Below, piece by piece: positions 22,902 through 31,721 of a stretch of DNA of 32,000 nucleotides (positions within the stretch are counted from its first letter, which is position 1; each line of letters begins with the position of its first letter). The translations under genes and the position numbers were made by a program. The notes beneath the pieces are model-generated. The model was not told the origin of the DNA and did not search any database. It saw only the letters and a program-made list of their open reading frames with translations. Origin of the DNA: Fibrobacter succinogenes subsp. succinogenes S85 (lineage in GTDB: Bacteria; Fibrobacterota; Fibrobacteria; Fibrobacterales; Fibrobacteraceae). Where the stretch lies: the NCBI RefSeq assembly GCF_000146505.1, contig NC_017448.1:2430001-2462000 (forward strand). Reading direction: 5' to 3'.

Positions 22902-24251
22902 ATGGAACAGACACCTGAAAAAAAATCAGTCAAGAAGTTTCTGAAATCTTTTACACGTGAAGTTATTGTCCCCGTAGTCCTTGCGTTGATCGTTATCCAG
23001 TACGTCATCCAGGCGTTCCAGATTCCGAGCGGTTCCATGGAAGATTCCCTCAAGACGGGTGACTTCTTGCTGGGCCTCAAGTTTACTTATGGTTCTCCGA
23101 TTCCGTTCTCGAATCAGAAGTTCCCGGGATATGCAGAACCGAAACATGGCGATGTCGTCATCTTCCGTTATCCGGGCGAACCGGAATACCCTGATAACAA
23201 TCCCAAGCGCTACACGCACTTGTTCAATGCGCTCATGCTCGGGAATTACTACTGGGACCATGCTCCTGAAAATGGTCAGCCGCACATTGTGCATTACGCC
23301 GATGGCCCGAAGGACTATATCAAGCGCTGTGTCGCCGTGAGTGGCGATACCGTTGCTGTTCATGGCGGCAAGCTTTTCTTGAACGGCAAACGTCAGGATT
23401 CGCTCCCCGCATTTGGAAAGTGGACCGCAAGTATGCGCACGCTTTCGCCGCGCGACGAAGTTGAAGAATTTGTGGTGCCTTCTGTGGGCGATACGCTTTA
23501 TGTTGATTCTCTCCCGATGGTAAAGCTCTGGTGGTTGCGTTCGCTCGTGGCCCAGGAAAATCCGGATTCTTCTGTGTATCTGGATCTCTCGCTGTTGCGC
23601 AATGGCCGCGAGAACAACAATTACGTCTTTAACGACTTTAAGTTCCCTATCGAAAACGATCGCGGTCTCTTGCTGCAGACGATGTATGATCGCAATAGGA
23701 CGGTTCGCCAACAGCGCCTTACGCTGGGCGATACGTTGTCCGGTGCTATGCCGTTCAGCTATTTCAAGGAACTTGCAAAGATTGGTTTCTTGCCGATGAT
23801 TGACCCGCACGATCCGCAGTTGAATAGCGGCTTTACGCGCCTGGTCAGTTACGTGTCGTTTGAAGGTTCCATCCTCCAGGATCTCGAAGGCAACGTGAAA
23901 CGCTTGAATGTAACGGCGCCTGCCCAGGATTCTACGGATTCTGCTGAAGTTGTCGAAAAGAGCCATTTTGAAATCCAGCGCAACCTTTATCTGGGTTCCG
24001 AAAAGATTGACCGTTACGTTGTGAGGTACCCGCAGTTCTTCATGATGGGCGACAACCGCGACAATTCTGCCGATAGCCGCTACTGGGGGCTCGTCTCTCT
24101 GCGCAATATCCGCGCAAAGGCTTTTGTCATCTACTTCTCATTTGAAAATGACGATGGCAAGTTTGCTCTTGGAAATCCGCTGACCTGGTGGCGCATCCCG
24201 TTCCGCATCCGTTTCACTCGCATAGGCAAGATCATTGATCTGATTAAGTAA
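22902..24251 (+). CDS. lepB: signal peptidase I (long form)
   Basis: TM helix, then IPSGSMEDSLKTGDFLL (Ser box), YIKRCVAVSGDTV (Lys box) and FMMGDNRDNSADSRYWG (box E). About 200 aa are inserted between boxes D and E, as in other FCB-group LepB proteins. Confidence 0.92.
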   Translation: MEQTPEKKSVKKFLKSFTREVIVPVVLALIVIQYVIQAFQIPSGSMEDSLKTGDFLLGLKFTYGSPIPFSNQKFPGYAEPKHGDVVIFRYPGEPEYPDNNPKRYTHLFNALMLGNYYWDHAPENGQPHIVHYADGPKDYIKRCVAVSGDTVAVHGGKLFLNGKRQDSLPAFGKWTASMRTLSPRDEVEEFVVPSVGDTLYVDSLPMVKLWWLRSLVAQENPDSSVYLDLSLLRNGRENNNYVFNDFKFPIENDRGLLLQTMYDRNRTVRQQRLTLGDTLSGAMPFSYFKELAKIGFLPMIDPHDPQLNSGFTRLVSYVSFEGSILQDLEGNVKRLNVTAPAQDSTDSAEVVEKSHFEIQRNLYLGSEKIDRYVVRYPQFFMMGDNRDNSADSRYWGLVSLRNIRAKAFVIYFSFENDDGKFALGNPLTWWRIPFRIRFTRIGKIIDLIK

Positions 24252-26021
24252 ATGAAGTTTTCGAGTGTGGCATATTTCTTGGCGTCGTGCCTGATGATCG
24301 CTGCTTGTGCAACGCAAGTGGCTCCGACAGGCGGCCCTGAAGATAAGCTCCCGCCGCGTGTGGCCGGAGTCTTGCCTGCGCCAAAGACGGCGAATCACCC
24401 GAATGAACTTTATGTGAAACTGGAATTTGACGAATGGATAAACGCCTCAATTCCGCGCGGGGCCATCACCATCTCGCCCCCGATTGAAAAAAAATTGCGT
24501 TACGAAGTTCACGGCAAGACGCTTGAAGTCTATTCACGTGCGGAACTTGATACCGGTACGACTTACACCGTGACATTTGCGGGCGGCATCAAGGATTTGC
24601 GTGGAAACGCTCTAGCTAAGCCTTTCCAGGTGGTGTTCTCGACGGGCGCTACGATTGACTCGCTTACGCTGAGCGGGCGTGTGATGGTGAGCGATTCCCT
24701 TGTCCGCAAAAAATCTTACCCGAGCGTCGGCCTTTATCTGATGGGGCCTGAACGTGAGTCCAAGCGCTACCTTGAAAAGTACCGCGATACGACTACGAAG
24801 GTGCTTGATTCCCTCCCGATGCTCACGAAGGAAGAACCGCTTTACCTCACATCAGCGGATAGCATTGGCAGTTTCACGTTTACGGGCCTCAAAGCGGGGC
24901 GTTACCGTGTCGTCGCTTTTGTCGATGCAAATGGCAACCATAAGATTGAACCTTCGTTGGAACTTGCAGGCGTGTGGATATCGGACTTGAATCTTGACGA
25001 ATCTACCAAGGATACTTTGTGGATTGCGCTTGCCGATCAGGATACGACTCTCCTGGAAATGGATAACGTAAATCAGCCGTTTGCAAATATACTCGAAGCC
25101 AACTTTACGCGCCGTGTGTATTTTGATTCGGCCTTTGCCGATACGTCCAACTGCTACCTTTCTTCGTCCACGGGCAATACGCTTTATCCGCGACTTGTGT
25201 ATCTCGGAACTTCAAGCGCTCCGCGTTTCTACTTTGATCCGAAACCGAAAGGCGAAGTCCTGTACAAGTTTACATGCCTCAATGGTCACGATTCATTGAA
25301 CCGCGCTTTGGATACGGCTAGGAATTACGCTGAAATTGAATGGAAGGAAATGGAAGGCGATACGCTCCCTCCGTCTATCCAGACGGTCAAGGTGATGGGG
25401 AAGGCGAAAAATGCGTTCCCGGATGATTCCCTTGTCGTGATTTACAATAAGCCGGTACTCGATTCCCTGAAGGATATGTTCTTCCTCGTTGAAAACAAGG
25501 ATACGACTCAGGTTTCTGTGAAAAAGCTCGACCCGGTCCGCTATCTTGTTTTGCGTGATGCCCCGTGGCCGACCGATTCCAAGTTTACGCTGTTGCGTGG
25601 CTACCAGGATACGACTTTGGCAAAGGCCGATAGCAATGGCGTCCGTGATACGGTGATTGAAACAAAGTATCAGGGCAAACTCACGTTTGAGACGATTTCT
25701 AAGTTGAAACTCGCTTCGATGGTGGGGAGAATCCCTGGTGCAAAGGATGGCGCTATTGTACGCCTCAAGTCTGTTGAAACCGGAAAGTTTGAATATGCAA
25801 AGTGTTCCCGTTATGGGGCTTTCGCATTTAACGACCTCGTTGAGGGCGGTTACATTATTGATTATTATTATGCAGAAGACGGCTCGGGTTTGCCTAATGG
25901 CGGATCCTTGCAACCTTTCAAATACGGTTCTGCTTGGCGATCTCCGCTTGATACCTTAAAGATAAAGAGTGGAGCGAACGATTTAGAACAACTGATGCCG
26001 AAACTGCCGGCATTGCCATAA
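24252..26021 (+). CDS. Ig-like (SbsA/Big_5-type) domain lipoprotein
   Basis: The ATG directly abuts the lepB stop. Lipobox MIAACA followed by APTGGPEDKLPPRV...LEFDEWIN, the characteristic N-terminus of Bacteroidetes-type Ig-like-domain lipoproteins. All-beta composition. Confidence 0.65.
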   Translation: MKFSSVAYFLASCLMIAACATQVAPTGGPEDKLPPRVAGVLPAPKTANHPNELYVKLEFDEWINASIPRGAITISPPIEKKLRYEVHGKTLEVYSRAELDTGTTYTVTFAGGIKDLRGNALAKPFQVVFSTGATIDSLTLSGRVMVSDSLVRKKSYPSVGLYLMGPERESKRYLEKYRDTTTKVLDSLPMLTKEEPLYLTSADSIGSFTFTGLKAGRYRVVAFVDANGNHKIEPSLELAGVWISDLNLDESTKDTLWIALADQDTTLLEMDNVNQPFANILEANFTRRVYFDSAFADTSNCYLSSSTGNTLYPRLVYLGTSSAPRFYFDPKPKGEVLYKFTCLNGHDSLNRALDTARNYAEIEWKEMEGDTLPPSIQTVKVMGKAKNAFPDDSLVVIYNKPVLDSLKDMFFLVENKDTTQVSVKKLDPVRYLVLRDAPWPTDSKFTLLRGYQDTTLAKADSNGVRDTVIETKYQGKLTFETISKLKLASMVGRIPGAKDGAIVRLKSVETGKFEYAKCSRYGAFAFNDLVEGGYIIDYYYAEDGSGLPNGGSLQPFKYGSAWRSPLDTLKIKSGANDLEQLMPKLPALP

Positions 26022-26034
26022 AGGATGGATTAAG

Positions 26035-28752
26035 ATGGTAAAGATTCCCGCATTTGTAGCGCTTGACTTGGAAACGACAGGTCTCGATTTCGAAAAAGAT
26101 GAAATAATCGAGGTCGCGCTCGTTCGCTTCGAAAATGGCGAACCAAAGGAAAATCTCGATTTCCTGGTGAAGCCCTCTGCTGTGGAACTCCGCCCCTTCA
26201 TTGAAACGCTTACCGGCATTAGCAAGGCCGACTTGGAAAGCGCTTCGGACTTTGCAACGATTGCAGGCCAGATTTGCTCCTTTGTCGGAGACCTCCCGAT
26301 TGTGGCGCACAATGCCGTTTTTGATTCCAAGTTCTTAAAGCAGACGTTTACGAAGGTCGGGATTTCTTACGATTCCCACGTGTTCTGGGATTCGCTCACG
26401 CTTTCACGTATTGCATTCCAGGATGTGCCGAACCATCGCCTTGATACGCTCGTACAGGAACTGAACATTGAACGTAGTCGTGCCCACCGCGCCTTGCCCG
26501 ATGCAGATGCTTGCGGCCGCTTGTTCGTAAAGGCTCTCGAAAAAATTTCGACGATGGACCCGTGGATTTACGACGCCCTTTCTCAAGTGGCGAAGGGTTC
26601 CGGCTATGAGACGCTCTTCACTTCAAAAGTTGAAAAGCTTTCTCCTCCGAAGTACAAGTTGCCGACTGCCCCTGCTTTGGAAGCTTTGCCCAAGTCCAAG
26701 GCTCCGCGTGTGAGCGAGTTCTTCAAGGAAGGCGGATTCATCTCGTTTGTCGTCGATGATTACAAGCCGCGCCACAACCAGCAGGATTTTGCCTCGGTCA
26801 TGGAACGCAACATGTACAAGGGCGGCCTCTGCGTGCTTGAAGCACCGACCGGTTCTGGAAAGACTCTGTCTTATCTTATTACCGCAGCGAATAAGGCTAT
26901 CACGGGTGAACGCGTGCTCATCAGTACGGCAACGCGCACCTTGCAGGAACAGCTCTGGACCGAAGCCATCCCGCAGATTGCAAAGATTTACAATGGTGAA
27001 CTTCGCCCGGCAATTTTGAAGGGCCGCGACAATTACCTTTGCCTCCGCAAGTTTGAAGAGTTGCTGATGCACCCGCAGACGCTTCTCTCCGCCGAAGAAC
27101 GCGATTCCTTCATGGCGCTTATCCCGTGGGTACTTTCGACCGAAACGGGCGACATCAACGAATGCAATTCCTTTAGCCAAAGCCGCAATCGTGTGCTTTG
27201 GTCCAAGCTCTCGTGCAGTGCCTCTTGCTGCAATGGCGAAAACCACTCGCATCACGAAAACTGCCCGGCGCTCATTGCAAAGCGCAAGGCCATGAATGCA
27301 AATATGGTGCTTGTGAACCATTCGCTCTTCCTTTCGGACCTGCAGCTCGATTTTGCATTGCTCCCATCTTACGAACACATCGTGTTTGACGAAGCACACC
27401 GCTTGCCCGAAATCAGTAACCAGGTGTTTGGCCGCTCCATCTCGTTCTTCGGATTCAGAAACATCGCGAAGACGCTTGAGCCTTCCAAGGCGGGTGGCGA
27501 TGGCCTCATTGCAGAAATTGCAAGCCGTATCCCGGCAGAAAAGCCGGAACTTCATGAAATTTGCGACAAGCTCTCCGAAGCTCTTGGCGAAGCCGAAAAG
27601 GCTCTGCACCGCTTCTTCATGAAAATCGGTAAGAAGCTTGCCAAGCAGAAAAATGGCCGCAGCGGATTTACGTACACGAATAGCATCCTCGCTGAATACG
27701 AAGCGGACCCGGCAACGTTCCTCGAGCAGTACAATAATGCACGTGGCTTTGCCGAAAAGCTCGTCGCTGCCACTGCGAACATGGACGGTCTCAAGGGTAT
27801 CGTGAGTGATCTCGATAGCCGCATGACTGAAATCAGCCACTTCATCTCTGACTTTGAATTTGTCACAAAGGCGGGCCGCAACGACTGGGTCTTCTACATG
27901 GAAGAACCGTTCAACCCGCATACCATCAAGCTGCATGCGCTCCCGCTCCACTCCGGTAACGTCTGGAGAGAAAAGTTCTATCCGTGGATCAAGTCTGCAA
28001 CGTTTACGTCTGCAACGCTTTCTGTGCAGGCCGACCTCACGTACTTCTTGCAGAAGATGGGCATGGACAATTTGCGCTTGGGCAAACAGCCGTTCGTGCG
28101 CGTTTATACGGAACAGTCCGACGTGAACGAACGCCGCTCCGTGATGGTCGCAAAGTTCCTCCCGAAGCCTTCGGCTCCGGAATTTGGCGATGCTCTGAAC
28201 GATACGCTTTTGAAGGTGCTCCCGAATGTCGAAGAAAACACGATGGTGCTCTTCACAAGTGTTGCAACGATGATGAAGGCGCAGGCCGCGCTTGCCCCGG
28301 CATTTGCTGAACGCAACAAGCTTTTGCTCTGCCAGCATGTCGATGGCTCGCTTGATGGCCTTGTCGCGATGTTCCGCAAGGAACGCGGCGCTTGCTTGCT
28401 CGGCTGCCAGAGCCTTTGGGAAGGCGTTGACTTCCCGGGTGATGCGCTCAAGCTGCTCGTCATTACGAAGCTCCCGTTCCCGAACCCGAGCGATCCGCTT
28501 GTCGCCGGTCTCACGAACGAGATGAAGGCTGCTAACAAGAACTTCTTCAAGGATTACTTTATCCCGGAAGCTTACATAGAACTCCGTCAGGGCATGGGTC
28601 GCCTCTTGCGTTCCGATTCCGATTCTGGCAAGGTCCTCATCCTGGACAATCGCGTTGTCCTCGAACGCTACGGCAAGACCTTCGCCCGCATTTGGAATTT
28701 CAAGAACCGCATCGCAGGCTCCGTCTCCGACATCGAACGCTTCGTGAAGTAA
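26035..28752 (+). CDS. dinG: bifunctional DnaQ-like 3'-5' exonuclease / DinG-family (XPD-like, superfamily 2) ATP-dependent helicase
   Basis: Exo motifs ALDLETTGL, VAHNAVFDSKFL and HRALPDADACGRLF (DEDDh intact). Helicase motif I LEAPTGSGKT, Ia TATRTLQEQL, II FDEAHRL, VI QGMGRLLRS. Six Cys lie between motifs Ia and II (nt 27040-27264). Confidence 0.9.
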   Translation: MVKIPAFVALDLETTGLDFEKDEIIEVALVRFENGEPKENLDFLVKPSAVELRPFIETLTGISKADLESASDFATIAGQICSFVGDLPIVAHNAVFDSKFLKQTFTKVGISYDSHVFWDSLTLSRIAFQDVPNHRLDTLVQELNIERSRAHRALPDADACGRLFVKALEKISTMDPWIYDALSQVAKGSGYETLFTSKVEKLSPPKYKLPTAPALEALPKSKAPRVSEFFKEGGFISFVVDDYKPRHNQQDFASVMERNMYKGGLCVLEAPTGSGKTLSYLITAANKAITGERVLISTATRTLQEQLWTEAIPQIAKIYNGELRPAILKGRDNYLCLRKFEELLMHPQTLLSAEERDSFMALIPWVLSTETGDINECNSFSQSRNRVLWSKLSCSASCCNGENHSHHENCPALIAKRKAMNANMVLVNHSLFLSDLQLDFALLPSYEHIVFDEAHRLPEISNQVFGRSISFFGFRNIAKTLEPSKAGGDGLIAEIASRIPAEKPELHEICDKLSEALGEAEKALHRFFMKIGKKLAKQKNGRSGFTYTNSILAEYEADPATFLEQYNNARGFAEKLVAATANMDGLKGIVSDLDSRMTEISHFISDFEFVTKAGRNDWVFYMEEPFNPHTIKLHALPLHSGNVWREKFYPWIKSATFTSATLSVQADLTYFLQKMGMDNLRLGKQPFVRVYTEQSDVNERRSVMVAKFLPKPSAPEFGDALNDTLLKVLPNVEENTMVLFTSVATMMKAQAALAPAFAERNKLLLCQHVDGSLDGLVAMFRKERGACLLGCQSLWEGVDFPGDALKLLVITKLPFPNPSDPLVAGLTNEMKAANKNFFKDYFIPEAYIELRQGMGRLLRSDSDSGKVLILDNRVVLERYGKTFARIWNFKNRIAGSVSDIERFVK

Positions 28753-28754
28753 TT

Positions 28755-28802
28755 TAGCTATGGGGGAGTGAGCTCGCACTAAAGCGCTCCGGGCTCGCTC
28801 CG
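28755..28802 (-). repeat. copy of the GGGGTATG/CCCATA-type intergenic repeat family (inverted orientation)
   Basis: TAGCTATGGGGGAGTGAGCTCGCACTAAAGCGCTCCGGGCTCGCTCC shares GGGCTCGCTCC with 1236-1246. Its reverse complement (GGAGCGCTTTAGTGCGAGCTCACTCCCCCATAGC) parallels GGAGCTTTAGCTCCGAGCTCATACCCC at 10949-10976. Confidence 0.55.
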
Positions 28803-28833
28803 CATTGAGCATTGTCTTACATATTCCTGTTGC

Positions 28834-28870
28834 TTTGTCATGCCGCACTTGTTGCGGCATCTCCTTTTCT
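28834..28870 (+). terminator. conserved hairpin element, probable dinG terminator
   Basis: Stem ATGCCGCA (28841-28848), loop CTTGT, stem TGCGGCAT (28854-28861), followed by CTCCTTTTC. Flanks are identical to the 9175-9264 element. Similar to the hairpin at 31660-31690 (TGTCACCCCGCACGTCGTTGCGGGG). Confidence 0.6.
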
Positions 28871-28896
28871 AAATAAAAATGATATATTAAAGTATT

Positions 28897-29535
28897 ATGG
28901 GAATGGAGATGTTTATGAATAGGCTTTTAAAATTTATTGCAATTTTGATTTTGTGTCTAGTTGCAGAAACTATGGCTTATGAATTTCAATTCAAACCATT
29001 TTTCTTGCAGATAAAAGATTCTAATGGTCAAACAATGGCTGAAGCTTTGAGCCGTGTTTATTATGGAAAAATTCGTGTTGATGCGAAAAAGGGGAGATGC
29101 TATTTTTTCCAACCTGAATATAGAGCTAATGATGTTGAATATGAAATAGACCATTGTATGTTGAATTATACTCAGATAAATATTTATAGTCAGGCAGATA
29201 GATTAAATGGAATTGAATTGAAAGGTTTAGCTTGGATTGAAGGAAATTCATATCGCACGAGACCTATTGGGGGCGAATGGAGCCGTTGGCGAGATTCTCA
29301 GATGTTTTCTTCGTCTGTTTGGAATCCAAGGACGGGATTGTCTTTTAGGAAGGAAAATGGTAAGTTTATTTTTGAATTAGGCGATAATCTTAAAAGAATT
29401 CATGATAAGCCGAATCAGAATAGTATTTTTGTTCCTAAAGCTCAATCTGAACCACAAAAGCCTCCTGTAAAGGGGTATATAGATATTAGAGCCAGCGGTA
29501 GTGGCGAATCAAGCTACTATGAAGAACGTCGATGA
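28897..29535 (+). CDS. hypothetical secreted protein (AT-rich islet)
   Basis: 212-aa ORF with four in-frame ATGs at 28897-28915. Signal peptide NRLLKFIAILILCLVAETMA. Very AT-rich (line 29101 is about 28% G+C by my count). No family recognised. Confidence 0.6.
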   Translation: MGMEMFMNRLLKFIAILILCLVAETMAYEFQFKPFFLQIKDSNGQTMAEALSRVYYGKIRVDAKKGRCYFFQPEYRANDVEYEIDHCMLNYTQINIYSQADRLNGIELKGLAWIEGNSYRTRPIGGEWSRWRDSQMFSSSVWNPRTGLSFRKENGKFIFELGDNLKRIHDKPNQNSIFVPKAQSEPQKPPVKGYIDIRASGSGESSYYEERR

Positions 29536-29563
29536 TTCTGTGTTTCTTTTTGGATTACATTTT

Positions 29564-29617
29564 CCCATACCCCAAAGCGTAGCGACCCGAAAGGGCGAAG
29601 CCCGACCTCATACCTAG
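29564..29617 (+). repeat. copy of the CCCATACC-type intergenic repeat family
   Basis: CCCATACCCCAAAGCGTAGCGACCCGAAAGGGCGAAGCCCGACCTCATACCTAGC shares the 16-mer CAAAGCGTAGCGACCC with 1332-1347. It is close to the reverse complement of 1221-1276. CTCATACCT recurs at about 29649. Confidence 0.7.
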
Positions 29618-29727
29618 CATTTCCTTCCTACCGTCTACTTCCTACTACTCATACCTGTTCACGTGTGTAGCCCCTTAACTAACGGACCATTTTTTATTAT
29701 ATTTGGCTTCCTATTTTAAGGTGCATA

Positions 29728-31623
29728 ATGTTTGATTTAAGTGCTTTTTTTGATGGAATGTCCAAGCCCTTGCTTCGTAACGCCCATGCGAAGGCGTTCG
29801 GCAAAAAGGGCCTTTTAAACAATGCTCTCATCCAGTCCGAAACGCTCTCTTACTATTCCGACAAGGAACGCGTTGCGGGACTCTTTTCCAAGATGGAAAT
29901 GTGGCAGCGCCGCTGCCTGAACTTGATTTATAATAGCGGCTCCAGAGGCCTTGCGTTTAATGAACTTCGACTGACGGTTCCTGTGAGCAAGAACCGCGAA
30001 CTCCAGACGTTCCTTCTCACGATGTGCCGCGAATACGTGCTTTATCGCTCCTTCGTGGGCGGCACCCCGATTTACATGGGCTTTAGCGATTTTATTGGTT
30101 GCTTTGACATCAAGCCCGAAGGCGAAATCGACACGGTATCTCCGCTGATTTCTTACCAGAATCTATTGGACTGGCATGTTTGCGTCGTGCTCGCGAACGC
30201 AAAGAAGAAGCAGCTCCGCATCAACACGAACGGAACGCTCCACCGCCGTGGCCGTCAGATCTGCGCCGAAGTGTTTACCGCTTCCCGCCACGCTTCTGAA
30301 AAGGCCTGCGAACAGGAAATCTCGCTCATTTTCAGTTTCCTCGTGCAGAACGGTTGGCTTGAACGCGAAAACACCTTCTTGCTCCCGTCCGCAACCGCTA
30401 TTGACTTTATCCATAAGAACGGTTTCCGTCTCCATCAAGATGTGATTTCCTGGTGGATCAAGGAACGCTTCCACGGCGACCGCGACCTTTGTGCTCGCTT
30501 GCTTACTAGCATTGGCGAAGGCCTCTCCGCTGCTGATGCTGCACAGCTCTTCTGGGTGATGGATCCGTCTTATCGCCTGCAAGAAAAGAACAAGGTTTTG
30601 CCGTGGGAATTCCTGCCGCGTCCGCTTTGCGAACTCTGGATTTTGGGCCTTGTCGATTTCCGCATGGCTCAAGGCAAGGTGACTGCAGTTGTCGTGAGCA
30701 AGTCCGGCAAGGACTGGCTTGAAACGTCTATCGCTTCGATTCCTGAAGCAAACCTCACCGCGCTCCCGAACTTTGACTTGGTTGTCTCAACCGGCATGGC
30801 TCCGCGCGTGCTCTACTCCCTCGCATGCTTGGCAAAAGTCAAGAACGACGAAACGTTCCTCTGCTTCACGCTCGAAAAAGAAACGTACGTCGCGGGCCTC
30901 AAGAGCAGTTTCCCGGAATCCGAAGTCGAAAATCTCCGCAACTGGCTCAAGCCGCCTGAGAACGTCTCCTCGACTCTTGCCGAATGGAACGCCTCGTTCT
31001 ACGGCGCCAAGGTTCGCACCGCCCGACTCCTCAAGGTCGAAAGCAAGGAAGTCCTTAGTGAACTTTCCCGCTTCCCGCAGTTCATGGAATGCACCGAGGA
31101 ATACATCCCGGGTTACGGCTTCATTTTGAATCCGGAACTGGAATCCCGTGCTTTCGAAATCCTCGAGAACTACGGCTTCTTCCCATATGCTGGCGAATCG
31201 ACCGAAAACCGCACGCCTGCCGCCCAGGAAGAATGGAAGGCTGAATTCTCGATTGCATGGCCCGAAGCAAAAAAGATAGACTACGAATTGCGCGACGAAG
31301 CTGACGAAGCATCTGCCCAGGCGACGATGGATTCTACCAAGTACGGTAGCGTCTATCAGAAGCTGAGCACGTTCGACCTCGTGAAAGTCCTCCGTTACGC
31401 AAAGACGGTTGGCACTCCGCTTGCCGCCAAGATCATGGACAAGACCAAGCGAAACGCAAAGCTCGAAGAAAAGATGTTCTACGTGCATGCGCTCCACCTC
31501 GCGAAATCCCCGTCGATGGTCGAAATCCAGGAAAGCGGCAAGGAAGAAAAGTTCTCGCTCGACCTTTCGTTTATTCAAGAAATCAAGGTCCTGAGCAAGA
31601 AGGCCTCCGCCCCGCAAGCATAA
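29728..31623 (+). CDS. hypothetical protein with a putative helicase-associated (Pfam Helicase_C_3, XPB-partner / TFIIH p52-Tfb2-like) domain
   Basis: 631-aa ORF with no signal peptide. Residues about 349-450 (FDLVVSTGMAPRVLYSLACLAKVKNDETFLCFTLEKETYVAGLKSSFPESEVENLRNWLKPPENVSSTLAEWNASFYGAKVRTARLLKVESKEVLSEL) follow the residue pattern I associate with that domain. The coding call is firm; the domain call is from memory only. Confidence 0.6.
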   Translation: MFDLSAFFDGMSKPLLRNAHAKAFGKKGLLNNALIQSETLSYYSDKERVAGLFSKMEMWQRRCLNLIYNSGSRGLAFNELRLTVPVSKNRELQTFLLTMCREYVLYRSFVGGTPIYMGFSDFIGCFDIKPEGEIDTVSPLISYQNLLDWHVCVVLANAKKKQLRINTNGTLHRRGRQICAEVFTASRHASEKACEQEISLIFSFLVQNGWLERENTFLLPSATAIDFIHKNGFRLHQDVISWWIKERFHGDRDLCARLLTSIGEGLSAADAAQLFWVMDPSYRLQEKNKVLPWEFLPRPLCELWILGLVDFRMAQGKVTAVVVSKSGKDWLETSIASIPEANLTALPNFDLVVSTGMAPRVLYSLACLAKVKNDETFLCFTLEKETYVAGLKSSFPESEVENLRNWLKPPENVSSTLAEWNASFYGAKVRTARLLKVESKEVLSELSRFPQFMECTEEYIPGYGFILNPELESRAFEILENYGFFPYAGESTENRTPAAQEEWKAEFSIAWPEAKKIDYELRDEADEASAQATMDSTKYGSVYQKLSTFDLVKVLRYAKTVGTPLAAKIMDKTKRNAKLEEKMFYVHALHLAKSPSMVEIQESGKEEKFSLDLSFIQEIKVLSKKASAPQA

Positions 31624-31659
31624 GCGCTTGTTTTGCCGTTCCGCTCTTTTGCAATGTCA

Positions 31660-31690
31660 CCCCGCACGTCGTTGCGGGGTTTTTCTTTTT
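31660..31690 (+). terminator. rho-independent terminator
   Basis: Stem CCCCGCA (31660-31666), loop CGTCGT, stem TGCGGGG (31673-31679), then TTTTTCTTTTT. Lies 37 nt after the stop at 31623. Confidence 0.85.
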
Positions 31691-31691
31691 A

Positions 31692-31721
31692 CTAAGTTCT
31701 AAGTTCTGCCAACTAAGTTCT
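31692..31721 (+). repeat. second CTAAGTT heptamer array (2.3 copies, 5-nt spacer, 1.3 copies), ending 20 nt upstream of the 31742 start codon
   Basis: CTAAGTTCTAAGTTCT (31692-31707), GCCAA, CTAAGTTCT (31713-31721). Same unit and phase as at 17263-17292. Confidence 0.85.

Noticed and set aside
26623-28860. 745-aa ORF on the minus strand, exactly antisense to dinG
   Set aside because: The opposite strand carries unmistakable DnaQ and DinG motifs. The antisense product is Arg/Ala/His-rich low-complexity sequence with no motifs. Long open antisense frames are expected from the codon bias here.
26035-31623. The DinG-like helicase plus a small unknown plus a large unknown read as a phage-defence cassette
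   Set aside because: The helicase has the housekeeping DnaQ-DinG architecture. It sits at the end of a long co-directional housekeeping and envelope gene run with only 13 nt to the upstream gene. There is no nuclease, methylase, ATPase or toxin partner. The small ORF is secreted. Retained only as the helicase/p52-like hypothesis.
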